Assembly: GCA_963664825.1 (NCBI GenBank)
Contig: OY761614.1
Span: forward strand, 32,001 to 96,000
Direction of reading: 5' to 3'
Source: an uncultured Holophaga sp.
GTDB taxonomy: Bacteria; Acidobacteriota; Holophagae; Holophagales; Holophagaceae
DNA length: 64,000 nucleotides
Positions within the stretch are counted from its first letter, which is position 1, and each line of letters starts with the position of its first letter. Below are positions 30,147 through 39,357 of the stretch, piece after piece. Position numbers and translations under genes: made by a program. The notes under the pieces are model-generated. The model saw nothing but the letters and a program-made list of their open reading frames with translations. It was not told the DNA's origin and did not search any database.

Positions 30147-30545
30147 TCAGTTTTGATCTTCAGATTCCGGCAGGCCATCCGGGGCTGGTTCGGCGGGCCT
30201 GGCGGCGCGCTCCTTCTCGAGTTCCGCGAGGAGGGTCTCCATCTTGTTGCCCTGTTCCAGGGTGGTATCCAAGAAGAAGCGCAGTTCGGGCGCCTTCTTG
30301 AGGCTCAGGCGCTGGGCCAGCTGGGTGCGCAGGAAGCCCGTGGCCCGGGCCAGGGCCTTGGCGCTCTTCTCCTGTTGGGCCGCTTCGCCCAGCACGGTGT
30401 AGTAGACCTTGGCGATGCCGCGGTCCCCGGTCAGGCGCACGGCCGTGAGTGTGAGAAATCCGAGTTCGGGATCCCGCACCTCCCGCTGGATCAGCGTGGA
30501 GAGGAGGAAATGGACCTGGTCTTCGAGTTTTTCGGGGCGGAGCAT
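30147..30545 (-). CDS. rbfA: 30S ribosome-binding factor A
   Basis: REVRDPELGFLTLTAVRLTGD, AKVYY, GFLRTQLAQRL, PELRFFLD. Confidence 0.95.
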   Translation of the reverse strand: MLRPEKLEDQVHFLLSTLIQREVRDPELGFLTLTAVRLTGDRGIAKVYYTVLGEAAQQEKSAKALARATGFLRTQLAQRLSLKKAPELRFFLDTTLEQGNKMETLLAELEKERAARPAEPAPDGLPESEDQN

Positions 30546-30610
30546 GGGGAATCCTTAAGGCTTCCAGTGTAGCGGCAACGTTCCCTCCCCGGCCCTGCCA
30601 CAATCCCTCC

Positions 30611-31345
30611 ATGGACGAATGGTTCAGGGACTGGTTCGATGCCGATTATGCGACCCTCTACGGCCACCGGGACGCCGCCGAAGCTGAGCGCGCCATTTCC
30701 ACCGCCCTGGAAGCCGCACCGGAGCTGCGCTCGGGCCCCGTCCTGGACCTGGCCTGCGGCACGGGCCGCCACCTGGTGGCCCTGCGCAAGCACAACCCCC
30801 TCGCCTTCGGCCTGGACCTCTCGGCCCATCTCCTGGGGGAGGCGCCTGAGGCCCTCCGCCCCTGGCTCCTGCGGGGGGATATGCGCCACCTGCCCGTGAA
30901 AGAGGAATCCCTCACAGGCATCACGCTCTGGTTCACGCCCTTCGGCTATTTTTCCGATGCCAGCAATCGCGCCCTCCTCCTTCAGCTCGCGGCCCTGCTG
31001 CGCCCGGGAGGCATCCTGCTCCTGGATTTTCTGAACAAGGCCCATCTGGAGCGCACGCTCATCCCCAAAGACGTGATCGAGCGCGGCGGCCTGCGGGCCC
31101 ACAGCCGCCGGACCCTGGAGGGGGACCGCATCGTGAAGCGGATGACCCTCACCCACTTGGATTCCCAGGAGACCCGGGAAGTCATGGAATCCGTTCGCGT
31201 CTATTCCCCCCGGGAACTGCGCGAGATGACTTCCGAGGTGGGGCTCGTCTGCGAACGGGAACTGGGCACCTATGGGGGCGGGCCCTTCCGGCCGGAGGAT
31301 TCCCCCCGCTGGATCGGCATCTGCCGCCGGAATTTCAAGCCCTGA
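30611..31345 (+). CDS. Class I SAM-dependent methyltransferase
   Basis: VLDLACGTGRH, GLDLS, GDMR, FTPFGYF, LRPGG. Confidence 0.92.
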   Translation: MDEWFRDWFDADYATLYGHRDAAEAERAISTALEAAPELRSGPVLDLACGTGRHLVALRKHNPLAFGLDLSAHLLGEAPEALRPWLLRGDMRHLPVKEESLTGITLWFTPFGYFSDASNRALLLQLAALLRPGGILLLDFLNKAHLERTLIPKDVIERGGLRAHSRRTLEGDRIVKRMTLTHLDSQETREVMESVRVYSPRELREMTSEVGLVCERELGTYGGGPFRPEDSPRWIGICRRNFKP

Positions 31346-31395
31346 AGATCCCTGCCCTTGGTGCCACAATGGGCCCCTATCTGCAGGAGCCGACC

Positions 31396-32592
31396 ATGGG
31401 ATTCAGGACACTCAAGGAACTGGACGTCAAGGGACACCGCGTGTTCCTGCGCGCCGATCTCAACGTCCCCATCAAGGAGGGCGTGATCAAGGATGCCACC
31501 CGCATCCGTGAGACCCTTCCCACCCTGAAGCATCTCCTGGAAGGGGGAGCTTCGGTGGTGATGTGCAGCCATATGGGCCGCCCCGAGGGCACCGGCTTCG
31601 AGCAGGCCTACAGCCTGGCCCCCGTGGCCGCCTGGCTCCAGGACAATGGCATCGACGCCAGACTGGCCAGTGGCCTCATCGGCGAGGCCGTGGAGGCCGA
31701 GGCCAAGGCCCTCAAGCCCGGCCAGGTGCTGCTCCTGGAGAATCTGCGCTTCGACAAGGGCGAGACCAAGAACAAGCCCGAATTCTGCCAGGCCCTGGCC
31801 AGGCTCGCCGACACCTACGTGGATGACGCCTTCGGCAGCGCCCACCGCGCCCACGCCTCCGTGGCCGGCGTCGTGCCCTATTTCCCCAAGGACCGCATCG
31901 CCGCGGGCTTCCTCATGGAAAAGGAGCTCAAGGCCCTCGGCAAGGTGCTGCACCACCCCGAGAAGCCCCTGGTGGCCGTCATGGGCGGCGCCAAGGTCTC
32001 CGACAAGATCGAACTCATCAAGCGCTTCCTGGGCATGGCCGACGCCATCCTCATCGGCGGCGCCATGAGCTACACGCTGCTGAAGGCCCAGGGCATCGCC
32101 ATCGGCAAGAGCCTCTGCGAGGAGGACAAGCTGGAGATGGCCAAGGCGCTGCTCCAGGAAGCCAAGGCCAAGGGCACGCGCCTCCTGCTGCCCCTGGATC
32201 ATGTGGTGGCTTCCGAGATCAAGGATGGCGCTGAATGCGCCATCACCCAGGACACGGCCATTCCCGAAGGCAAGATGGGCCTCGATATCGGGCCGGAAAC
32301 CGTGGCGGCCTTCGCCCAGGAGCTCCGCGCCGCCAAGACTATCGTCTGGAACGGCCCCATGGGCGTCTTCGAAATGGATTGCTTCGCCGCCGGGACCCTC
32401 GCCATCGCCGATGAGATGGCCGAAGCCGCCGATAAGGGCTGCTTCGTGGTGGTGGGCGGTGGCGATAGCGTGAGCGCCGCCAACAAGGCCGGCGTCACGG
32501 CCCGCATGAGCCACGTCTCCACCGGCGGCGGCGCCAGTCTGGAATTTCTCAGCGGCCTGGAACTGCCGGGCGTCGCGGCGCTGTCCATCTAA
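31396..32592 (+). CDS. pgk: Phosphoglycerate kinase
   Basis: RADLNVP, SHMGRP, LLENLRF, GGAKVSDK, WNGPMGVFE, STGGGASLEF; AGGAG SD. Confidence 0.98.
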   Translation: MGFRTLKELDVKGHRVFLRADLNVPIKEGVIKDATRIRETLPTLKHLLEGGASVVMCSHMGRPEGTGFEQAYSLAPVAAWLQDNGIDARLASGLIGEAVEAEAKALKPGQVLLLENLRFDKGETKNKPEFCQALARLADTYVDDAFGSAHRAHASVAGVVPYFPKDRIAAGFLMEKELKALGKVLHHPEKPLVAVMGGAKVSDKIELIKRFLGMADAILIGGAMSYTLLKAQGIAIGKSLCEEDKLEMAKALLQEAKAKGTRLLLPLDHVVASEIKDGAECAITQDTAIPEGKMGLDIGPETVAAFAQELRAAKTIVWNGPMGVFEMDCFAAGTLAIADEMAEAADKGCFVVVGGGDSVSAANKAGVTARMSHVSTGGGASLEFLSGLELPGVAALSI

Positions 32593-32596
32593 AGTC

Positions 32597-32664
32597 TCAA
32601 CACGGAGGCACGGAGGACACGGAGAAGAACCGCTTTCCTCCGTGTTCTTTGTGTCTCCGTGGTG
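32597..32664. repeat. Repeat family C: CACGGAG-periodic inverted repeat between pgk and tpiA
   Basis: CACGGAG-G-CACGGAG-GA-CACGGAG ... CTCCGTG-TT-CTTTGTG-T-CTCCGTG; first 24 nt identical to 47018-47041. Confidence 0.85.
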
Positions 32665-32685
32665 AATTTCTTTTCAGGAGCATTC

Positions 32686-33429
32686 ATGAAAATCGTCATC
32701 GCCAATTGGAAGATGAACATGCTGGGCCGGGATGCGGCGGCCTTCTGCGAGGCCTTCAAGGCCGGCTACGCGGCCAAGCAGGGCTGCGAGGCGGGCATCG
32801 CGCCGCCCTTCACGCTGCTGCGGGAGGTATCGGCCCAGCTGGCGGGCAGCGGGGCCAAGGTCTTCGCCCAGAATGCCTACTTCGCGCCCAAGGGGGCCTT
32901 CACCGGGGAAATCTCCATGGCCCAAATCAAGGACACGGGCTGCCATGGCGTACTCCTGGGCCACAGCGAGCGCCGCCATGTCTTTGGCGAGACCGACGAG
33001 AACTTGGTCAAGAAGATCAAGGCCGCCTGGGAATATGAATTGCTGCCCGTGCTCTGCATCGGCGAGACCCTGACCCAGCGGGACGCGGGTTTCACACTGG
33101 ATGTGCTGCAAACCCAGCTGGAAGTCTTGCAGGCCACAGGACCCGGCCCCATGGTCATCGCCTACGAGCCCGTCTGGGCCATCGGCACGGGCCGCGTGGC
33201 CGAACCCATGCAGATCGAGGAAGTCCACGCCTTCATCCACGACGAACTCCTGCGCCTCTGGAGCGATCTCGGCGCGGAAGTGCCCATCCAGTACGGCGGC
33301 AGCGTGACGCCAGACAACTTCGAGGGAATCCTGGAGGTCCCCTTCGTGGACGGCGGCCTCGTGGGCGGAGCCAGCCTGGATCCCGCCAAGTTCCTGAGAC
33401 TCCTGGAGCAGGCCCAGGCCAAGGCCTGA
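32686..33429 (+). CDS. tpiA: Triosephosphate isomerase
   Basis: ANWKMN, GAFTGEIS, GHSERR, AYEPVWAIGTG, YGGSV, GGLVGGASL. Confidence 0.98.
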   Translation: MKIVIANWKMNMLGRDAAAFCEAFKAGYAAKQGCEAGIAPPFTLLREVSAQLAGSGAKVFAQNAYFAPKGAFTGEISMAQIKDTGCHGVLLGHSERRHVFGETDENLVKKIKAAWEYELLPVLCIGETLTQRDAGFTLDVLQTQLEVLQATGPGPMVIAYEPVWAIGTGRVAEPMQIEEVHAFIHDELLRLWSDLGAEVPIQYGGSVTPDNFEGILEVPFVDGGLVGGASLDPAKFLRLLEQAQAKA

Positions 33430-33438
33430 ACCCGGATC

Positions 33439-33540
33439 GTGCATTTCGAGTAGCCGACCGCCGTCAGGCGGTGGCGTAGAGCGGCGCGGCACAGGCTTCG
33501 GCGAAGCCGAAACTGTGCAGTGCTGCGGCTCGAAATGCCG
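33439..33540 (+). other. Multi-stem structured intergenic element (family B), copy 1
   Basis: Closing stem GCATTTCGAG (33441-50)/CTCGAAATGC (33529-38) encloses two branched helices; same architecture as 58696-58816. Confidence 0.7.
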
Positions 33541-33590
33541 TAATGCACCGCTCACTTAAAACGAATCGACTGAACCAAACGCAAAATTTA

Positions 33591-34920
33591 GGTTCTTCAC
33601 GTTTTTCCGGGGAAGGCCGCACGGATCTTAAGGAAGAAGTAGCCCTCATCCCGGTAGCCGTAGGCGATGCGCTTGAGGACTTTGATCTTGTTGTTGATCC
33701 CTTCCTGGACGCTGGTATTGAGCGGCCAGCGGCAATGGGAGAGGATTCCGTCGATCCGCTGGGCGAGATTCTTGGCGAACTTCACGAGGGGCTGGAGTCC
33801 ACTTGAGGTGGCGAGTTCCATCCAGTTCTCCCAGGCCTTCAGAGCCCAGCCCTCCCGCGTGTAGCGCCACAGTGCCTTCAGGGCGTCTTTCAGCACGTAG
33901 GCGGTCATCAGAGGCTGGTTCGCGTCCAATAACTCGTTGAGGCGGACTTTGGCATCCCGATTCGGCAGGTTCTCCCAATTGCCCAGCAGGAGCCACTTCG
34001 CGCCCTTGACGAGCTCCCGCGAGGCCTTGTCGTGCCGGTATCGATTGGCCTCATCCACCCGGATCCGGTCGATGACGTCATGGCCGTACTTTGCCACGAC
34101 ATGAAACTGGTCGTAGACGATCTCGGCGTTGGGACAGCGCGCCCGGACTTCGCCTTCGAAGGCCGCCGACATGTCTATGCCCACGGCCTGGATCCGTTTG
34201 CAGCCCTTCTTCCCGATCAGATCGAAGAACGGGCGGATGTCCTCGCGGCCACGCCCTTTCCCGACCCAGAGCACGCGACGCGTTTCCGCATCCGTGATGA
34301 CCGTGGCATAGCTCTGTCCCTTGTGGATGGCGAATTCGTCCATCAGAAGAAGCCTCGCCTTGCTCAGCTTCACGGGCCCAAGTTCTCGGTCCAGGTAAGC
34401 CTTGTCGATCGCCTTCACCGTGCCCCAGTGCAGGTCATAGTGCTCCGCGACCTGTTTGATGGGCATGACCTTGCAAAGCCGCGCCACGCTCGCGGCAAGC
34501 CGGTTCGTGATCCGGGCATGGGGCTCCAACCAGTCCAGGGCTTCCAGCTTCGGGCCGCACCGGGGGCAGGCTACTCGAGCCCGCCACACCACTAGGACTG
34601 TGTCGGCGTCGAACAGCGGAAGGTCGCGGATCTCCCGCTCTGACCAGTCGTGGACGCTCCGCACGAAATGCCCACAACCGCTGCACTTCCGGGGATGATC
34701 GCCGAACCCAAGCAACTCGATCCACACCTCGGCCCGCGGCCCCTTCACCCCGGCTTCGAAGCGCTCCACGATTCCGACGCGTTGCCCTTTCCACCCGCCC
34801 AAGCGGGACATAAGCTCTTTGGTAGGCAGTGGCGGCCTCCTTCATCTCGAGTTCTCGACAAACCCAAGATGCCTGAAATCCGCCACTGCCGACCTACTTC
34901 ACGCAAATCCGCGAAGAACC
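33591..34920 (-). mobile_element. ISL3-family insertion sequence (1330 bp)
   Basis: Imperfect terminal IRs GGTTCTTCACG.../...CGCGAAGAACC; 8-bp direct repeat AAAATTTA at 33583-90 and 34921-28; internal IR GGCAGTGGCGG/CCGCCACTGCC at 34825-34890. Confidence 0.95.
33597..34811 (-). CDS. ISL3-family transposase
   Basis: Zinc finger CSGC...CPRC, RDLP, MDEFA, IDMS, YDQFHVV, EGINNKIKVLKRIAYGYR. Confidence 0.96.
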   Translation of the reverse strand: MSRLGGWKGQRVGIVERFEAGVKGPRAEVWIELLGFGDHPRKCSGCGHFVRSVHDWSEREIRDLPLFDADTVLVVWRARVACPRCGPKLEALDWLEPHARITNRLAASVARLCKVMPIKQVAEHYDLHWGTVKAIDKAYLDRELGPVKLSKARLLLMDEFAIHKGQSYATVITDAETRRVLWVGKGRGREDIRPFFDLIGKKGCKRIQAVGIDMSAAFEGEVRARCPNAEIVYDQFHVVAKYGHDVIDRIRVDEANRYRHDKASRELVKGAKWLLLGNWENLPNRDAKVRLNELLDANQPLMTAYVLKDALKALWRYTREGWALKAWENWMELATSSGLQPLVKFAKNLAQRIDGILSHCRWPLNTSVQEGINNKIKVLKRIAYGYRDEGYFFLKIRAAFPGKT

Positions 34921-35001
34921 AAAATTTAGCCTAAAGATTCCCCACATTCACCTCCGCCCCCCCGAGCGCCGAAAGAGGGAGTAGCCTCGGAATTCCCACC
35001 C

Positions 35002-38000
35002 ATGCAACGCCCCTCCATGACCCCCCCGCCCGGAAGCCGTGTCGTCCACTACGCGGGGGATAGGATCTGCGTGGAACTCAGCCATCCGGCTCCCGAGGAG
35101 GAGGGCTGGCGGGGCCTGCTTCGCACCAATCTCACCCGGGCCGAACATAGCCGCCTGGAGGTCATCCGACTGGCGGGGGTCCATTCGGCGGAGGCGCGCA
35201 CCTTCGCCGGGGCCTCCTGGCGGGATATCCCCTTGAACCCTACCGAAGGCGGGTGGGCGATGGACCTGCCCCTCTGCGAGGTGGGGTATTTCCGCGCCAA
35301 GGCCTACTGCGTGGACCCCCAGGGGCGGCAGCACTGGCCCGAGGGCGAGGACCTGGGCATCTCCGTCCATCCGGATCACCTGCGCACCGGGAACACCATC
35401 TACTGCGCCTTCCCCCGGATGTTCGGGGGGACCCGGGACCGCATCTCCACCCGCCAGCCCGCCCTGGAAGAACAGCTCCGGGACCTGGATGAGCGCGGGT
35501 TCACGGTCATCCCCCCCTCGGGGAAGCTGCGGGATCTCACGGCCTGCCTGCCGCACATCATCGAGAACCTGGGCTGCCGCATCCTGCATCTCCTGCCCCT
35601 GGGGCCCGCGCCCACCACCTACGCGCGCATGGGCCGCTTCGGCAGCCCCTACGCCCAGTTGGATCTGGCCGGCATCGATCCCGCACTGGTGGAATTCGAT
35701 CGGCGCACCACCGCCGAGGACCAGTTCCGGGAACTGGCCTACGCCACCCATCTGCGGGGAGGGCGGGTCTTCCTCGATATCGTCATCAATCACACGGGCT
35801 GGGGTTCCCGGCTCATGGAGGAACGCCCGGAATGGTTCAAGCGCGAACCCGATGGCCGCTTCCATAGCCCCGGCGCCTGGGGGGTCACCTGGGGTGATCT
35901 CGTGGAACTCGACAACGGCTATCCCGAACTCTGGGAATCCACAGCCAAGGCCCTGCTCACCTGGTGCCGCCGGGGCGTGGATGGCTTCCGCTGCGATGCG
36001 GGCTACATGGTCCCCATGCCGGCTTGGCAGTACCTGGTGGCGCGCGTCCGGGAGGAATTCCCCGATACGGTCTTCCTCCTGGAGGGCCTGGGCGGGGCCT
36101 GGGAGGCCACAGAAGCGCTGCTCACCGAGGGCGGGATGCAGTGGGCCTATTCGGAACTCTTCCAGAACTACAACCCCCGGGAGGTCTCGAGCTACCTGGA
36201 CCACAGCCTCCGCCAGGGCCAGCGGGTGGGGCCCCTGGTCCACTACAGCGAGACCCACGACAATGACCGCCTGGCCAAGCGGGGCGAGGCATGGTCCCGG
36301 CTGCGCAACCGGCTCTCGGCCCTCTGCAGCCACTGCGGCGCCTTCGGCTTCACCAGCGGCGTGGAATGGCTGGCGTTAGAGCAAATCGATGTCCATCAGG
36401 CCCGGGGCCTCGCCTGGGGCAGGGAACCCAATCTGGTGCCTGAATTGGCCCGGCTGAACCGCCTGCTCCGGGACCATCCCTGTTTTTTCGACGGGGCCCG
36501 TCTCCGCCGCCTGAGCGGCGAGGATTCCCCGGTACTGGCCCTCAGTCGCCATTCCGCCGAAGGGAAGGACGCCTGCCTGGTCCTGGTAAACCTGGATACG
36601 GAGGCCGCCCAGGAGCTGGCACTGGAGGCAGGGGTCTGGCGGGAGTTGGGGGAGCCGCGCCTGGATCTGCTGGACCAGGAACCTCCTCCCATCCTCACCG
36701 AGAAGGCGGGCCTGGTCACCCTACAGCTGGCGCCGGGCGCGAGCTTCTGTCTGGCAGGCACGGTCTCCCCCCGGGGCTTGCATGGCGAAGCCTACCGGAC
36801 GGCCCGCGCCCAGGCCGCCTGGGCCTATCGCCATCTCAGCCAGGTCAGGCCCGCGGAAACGCTTGGCCCCGCAGACTGGCAGGCCCTGGCCCGGCTCGTC
36901 GCCCGAGATCCCCAGCGCTTCCTCTCCGCCCTGACCCACCTGGACGGCGAAGGGGCCTCCCAGGATCTCCTCCAGGCCCTCCAAAACGCCCTCCGGCAGG
37001 AAGGCTACGCCCCCGTCCTGCGTTGGAGCGCCCAGGATCTCGGCCGCATCCTTCCGGTGCCTCCCCGGCACTGGATCCTGGTGGAGGATCCCTCCCCCTT
37101 CGAGATCACCTTGCGCCGTCCCGGCAGGCGGGTCCTCCATCTGCGCTCGACCCCCTGGGAGGGCGGCCACATGGCGGCCATCTACCCGGCGGAATTGGAG
37201 GTGGAGGGTTCCCATTCCCTGGACGCCGAGCTGATCCTGGACCGCTTCACGGAACAGGGGCGCCGGGCCACGGGGGCCCTGCGTCTGCTGCCGGTGGATG
37301 CCAGCTTCGAACCTGGGGATCCCAAGGGCCTGGCCCTGCTCACCAATGGCCGAGGGGCCATGGCGCGGCTCCACGCGGATCTGGGCCATGTCGATTCCAA
37401 GTACGACTGCCTGCTGGGGGCGAACCTCCACCCCCAGGCGCCCTCGGATCGCCATATCTTCGCCAAGCGCCTGCGGGCCTGGGTGAACGCCGACGGGTTC
37501 ATCACGGCCCTCGATGGGCGGAATCTCCTCTCCTTCCAGCCCGGCCCCCCGGCCCGGTGGGTTTTCCTGGCCAGCGCCGGGGATGGCCGCGCCGTGGAGA
37601 TCCACCTCCTGGCCGATATGCTGGCCGGACAGAACACCACCGCCCTGCGCTTCCTGAGGCCGGAAGGGCCACCCCAGCAAGGCGAAGAACTGCCTTTGAA
37701 TTGCGGGGTCAGTCTGAGTCTGCGCGTGGACCTGGAGGATCGCGGCTACCACGCCGAGACCCGGGGCACGCTAGAACTGGACGCCAACTTCGCGGCCTCC
37801 ACCCGCCCACTGGAGGATCGCGTGGGCTTCGCCTTCGAGCCCGCTGAGGGACGCCGTCTCCGGGTCTGGACCTCCGGCGGCCTCTACCACGAGGGGGCCG
37901 AGTGGAGCCGGGAGCTCTGGCACGCCCTGGAATCCACCCGGGGTCTGGCGGATCGGGGCGATGCCTGGAGCCCGGGCTGGTTCGAGGCCCCGCTCCCCCC

Positions 38001-39357
38001 CAGCGGCTCGGTGCTGCTGGTGGCCTCGGCCGATCCCCAGGATCCGTCGGCCCCGGAGCTCTCCCACCTGGGTCTGCCCCCGGCCCGGGTGCTCGCCCTG
38101 GATCTCCGACCTGGATTGGAACCCCAGGATAGTTTCGGGCGCCGCCTGCGGCTGGCGGCTTCCGATTTCCTCGCCCGGCGGGGAGAAGGGGCCACCGTCA
38201 TCGCGGGCTATCCCTGGTTCCTGGACTGGGGTCGGGATACGCTCATCGCCTGCCGGGGGCTCCTGGCGGGAGGCTTCCTGGAGGAGGTGCGAGATATCCT
38301 CCTTACCTTCGCCCGCTTCGAGGATCGGGGCACCCTGCCCAATATGCTCTCGGCGGATTCCACGGCGAATCGCGACACCTCCGACGCGCCGCTCTGGTTC
38401 GGCCTGGCCTGCGAAGAGGCCAGTGGGCCCCTGGGCCCTGGGTTCTATGGGACCCGGGTCGGGGACCGGCAGCTGAAGGAGGTGCTGGCCTCTATCGCCA
38501 CGGGGTATCTAGCCGGCACGCCCAATGGCATCCGTGTGGACCCGGATTCAGGCCTGGTCTGGAGCCCTTCCCATTTCACCTGGATGGACACCAATTACCC
38601 GGCGGGCACGCCCCGGGAAGGCTATCCCATCGAGATCCAGGCCCTCTGGATCCGCCTGCTGCGCCAGTTGGAACGGCTGGAACCCAAGGCCCCCTGGGCG
38701 CCCTTGGCGGCCCGGGCCGAGACGAGCCTCGAACTCTTCTGGAACGAGGAACTGGGTTGCTGCCATGACACGCTCCAGGCCCCCGCCGGGCGTCCCGCTC
38801 GGGAGGCCACGGCCGACGGCCATCTGAGGCCCAACCAGCTCTTTGTGGTGGCCCTGGGGCTCATCACCGGGGAACGGGCCCAGCGGACGGTGGACGCCTG
38901 CGCCCGGCACCTGCTGGTGCCCGGCGCCCTCCGCAGCCTGGCGCCCCTGCCGGTGAAGGAAGCGCTGCCCATCCGGACCCAGGATGGCCGCCCTCTCAAC
39001 GATCCCCGGCATCCCTACTGGGGCCGCTACGAGGGCGACGAGGATACGCGCCGCAAGCCCGCCTACCACAACGGCACGGCCTGGAACTGGCTGCTGCCGG
39101 TCTTCTGCGAGGCCCTCGCCCAGGCCCACGCCTTCGATCCCCAAGCCCTGGCTGCCGCCAAGGCCTACCTGGGATCGGCCGAACGCCTGCTGCACGAGGG
39201 CTGCACCGGCCACCTGCCAGAGATCCTGGATGGGGACGCGCCCCACACCCCCCGCGGCTGCGACGCCCAGGCCTGGTCGGTCACGGAAGCCTTGCGCGTG
39301 TGGCTCCTCCTTGTCGCTAAGATGAGGAATCCCCCCTCGAGCCCGCTGGAGTCCTGA
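35002..39357 (+). CDS. Large glycogen debranching enzyme (GH13 alpha-amylase domain + amylo-alpha-1,6-glucosidase GH133-like domain)
   Basis: GSPYA, DIVINHT, GVDGFRCDAGY, LEGLG, SETHDN in the N-half; VIAGYPWFLDWGRDT, TWMD, LRPNQ, YHNGTAW, GCDAQAWS in the C-half. Confidence 0.92.
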   Translation: MQRPSMTPPPGSRVVHYAGDRICVELSHPAPEEEGWRGLLRTNLTRAEHSRLEVIRLAGVHSAEARTFAGASWRDIPLNPTEGGWAMDLPLCEVGYFRAKAYCVDPQGRQHWPEGEDLGISVHPDHLRTGNTIYCAFPRMFGGTRDRISTRQPALEEQLRDLDERGFTVIPPSGKLRDLTACLPHIIENLGCRILHLLPLGPAPTTYARMGRFGSPYAQLDLAGIDPALVEFDRRTTAEDQFRELAYATHLRGGRVFLDIVINHTGWGSRLMEERPEWFKREPDGRFHSPGAWGVTWGDLVELDNGYPELWESTAKALLTWCRRGVDGFRCDAGYMVPMPAWQYLVARVREEFPDTVFLLEGLGGAWEATEALLTEGGMQWAYSELFQNYNPREVSSYLDHSLRQGQRVGPLVHYSETHDNDRLAKRGEAWSRLRNRLSALCSHCGAFGFTSGVEWLALEQIDVHQARGLAWGREPNLVPELARLNRLLRDHPCFFDGARLRRLSGEDSPVLALSRHSAEGKDACLVLVNLDTEAAQELALEAGVWRELGEPRLDLLDQEPPPILTEKAGLVTLQLAPGASFCLAGTVSPRGLHGEAYRTARAQAAWAYRHLSQVRPAETLGPADWQALARLVARDPQRFLSALTHLDGEGASQDLLQALQNALRQEGYAPVLRWSAQDLGRILPVPPRHWILVEDPSPFEITLRRPGRRVLHLRSTPWEGGHMAAIYPAELEVEGSHSLDAELILDRFTEQGRRATGALRLLPVDASFEPGDPKGLALLTNGRGAMARLHADLGHVDSKYDCLLGANLHPQAPSDRHIFAKRLRAWVNADGFITALDGRNLLSFQPGPPARWVFLASAGDGRAVEIHLLADMLAGQNTTALRFLRPEGPPQQGEELPLNCGVSLSLRVDLEDRGYHAETRGTLELDANFAASTRPLEDRVGFAFEPAEGRRLRVWTSGGLYHEGAEWSRELWHALESTRGLADRGDAWSPGWFEAPLPPSGSVLLVASADPQDPSAPELSHLGLPPARVLALDLRPGLEPQDSFGRRLRLAASDFLARRGEGATVIAGYPWFLDWGRDTLIACRGLLAGGFLEEVRDILLTFARFEDRGTLPNMLSADSTANRDTSDAPLWFGLACEEASGPLGPGFYGTRVGDRQLKEVLASIATGYLAGTPNGIRVDPDSGLVWSPSHFTWMDTNYPAGTPREGYPIEIQALWIRLLRQLERLEPKAPWAPLAARAETSLELFWNEELGCCHDTLQAPAGRPAREATADGHLRPNQLFVVALGLITGERAQRTVDACARHLLVPGALRSLAPLPVKEALPIRTQDGRPLNDPRHPYWGRYEGDEDTRRKPAYHNGTAWNWLLPVFCEALAQAHAFDPQALAAAKAYLGSAERLLHEGCTGHLPEILDGDAPHTPRGCDAQAWSVTEALRVWLLLVAKMRNPPSSPLES

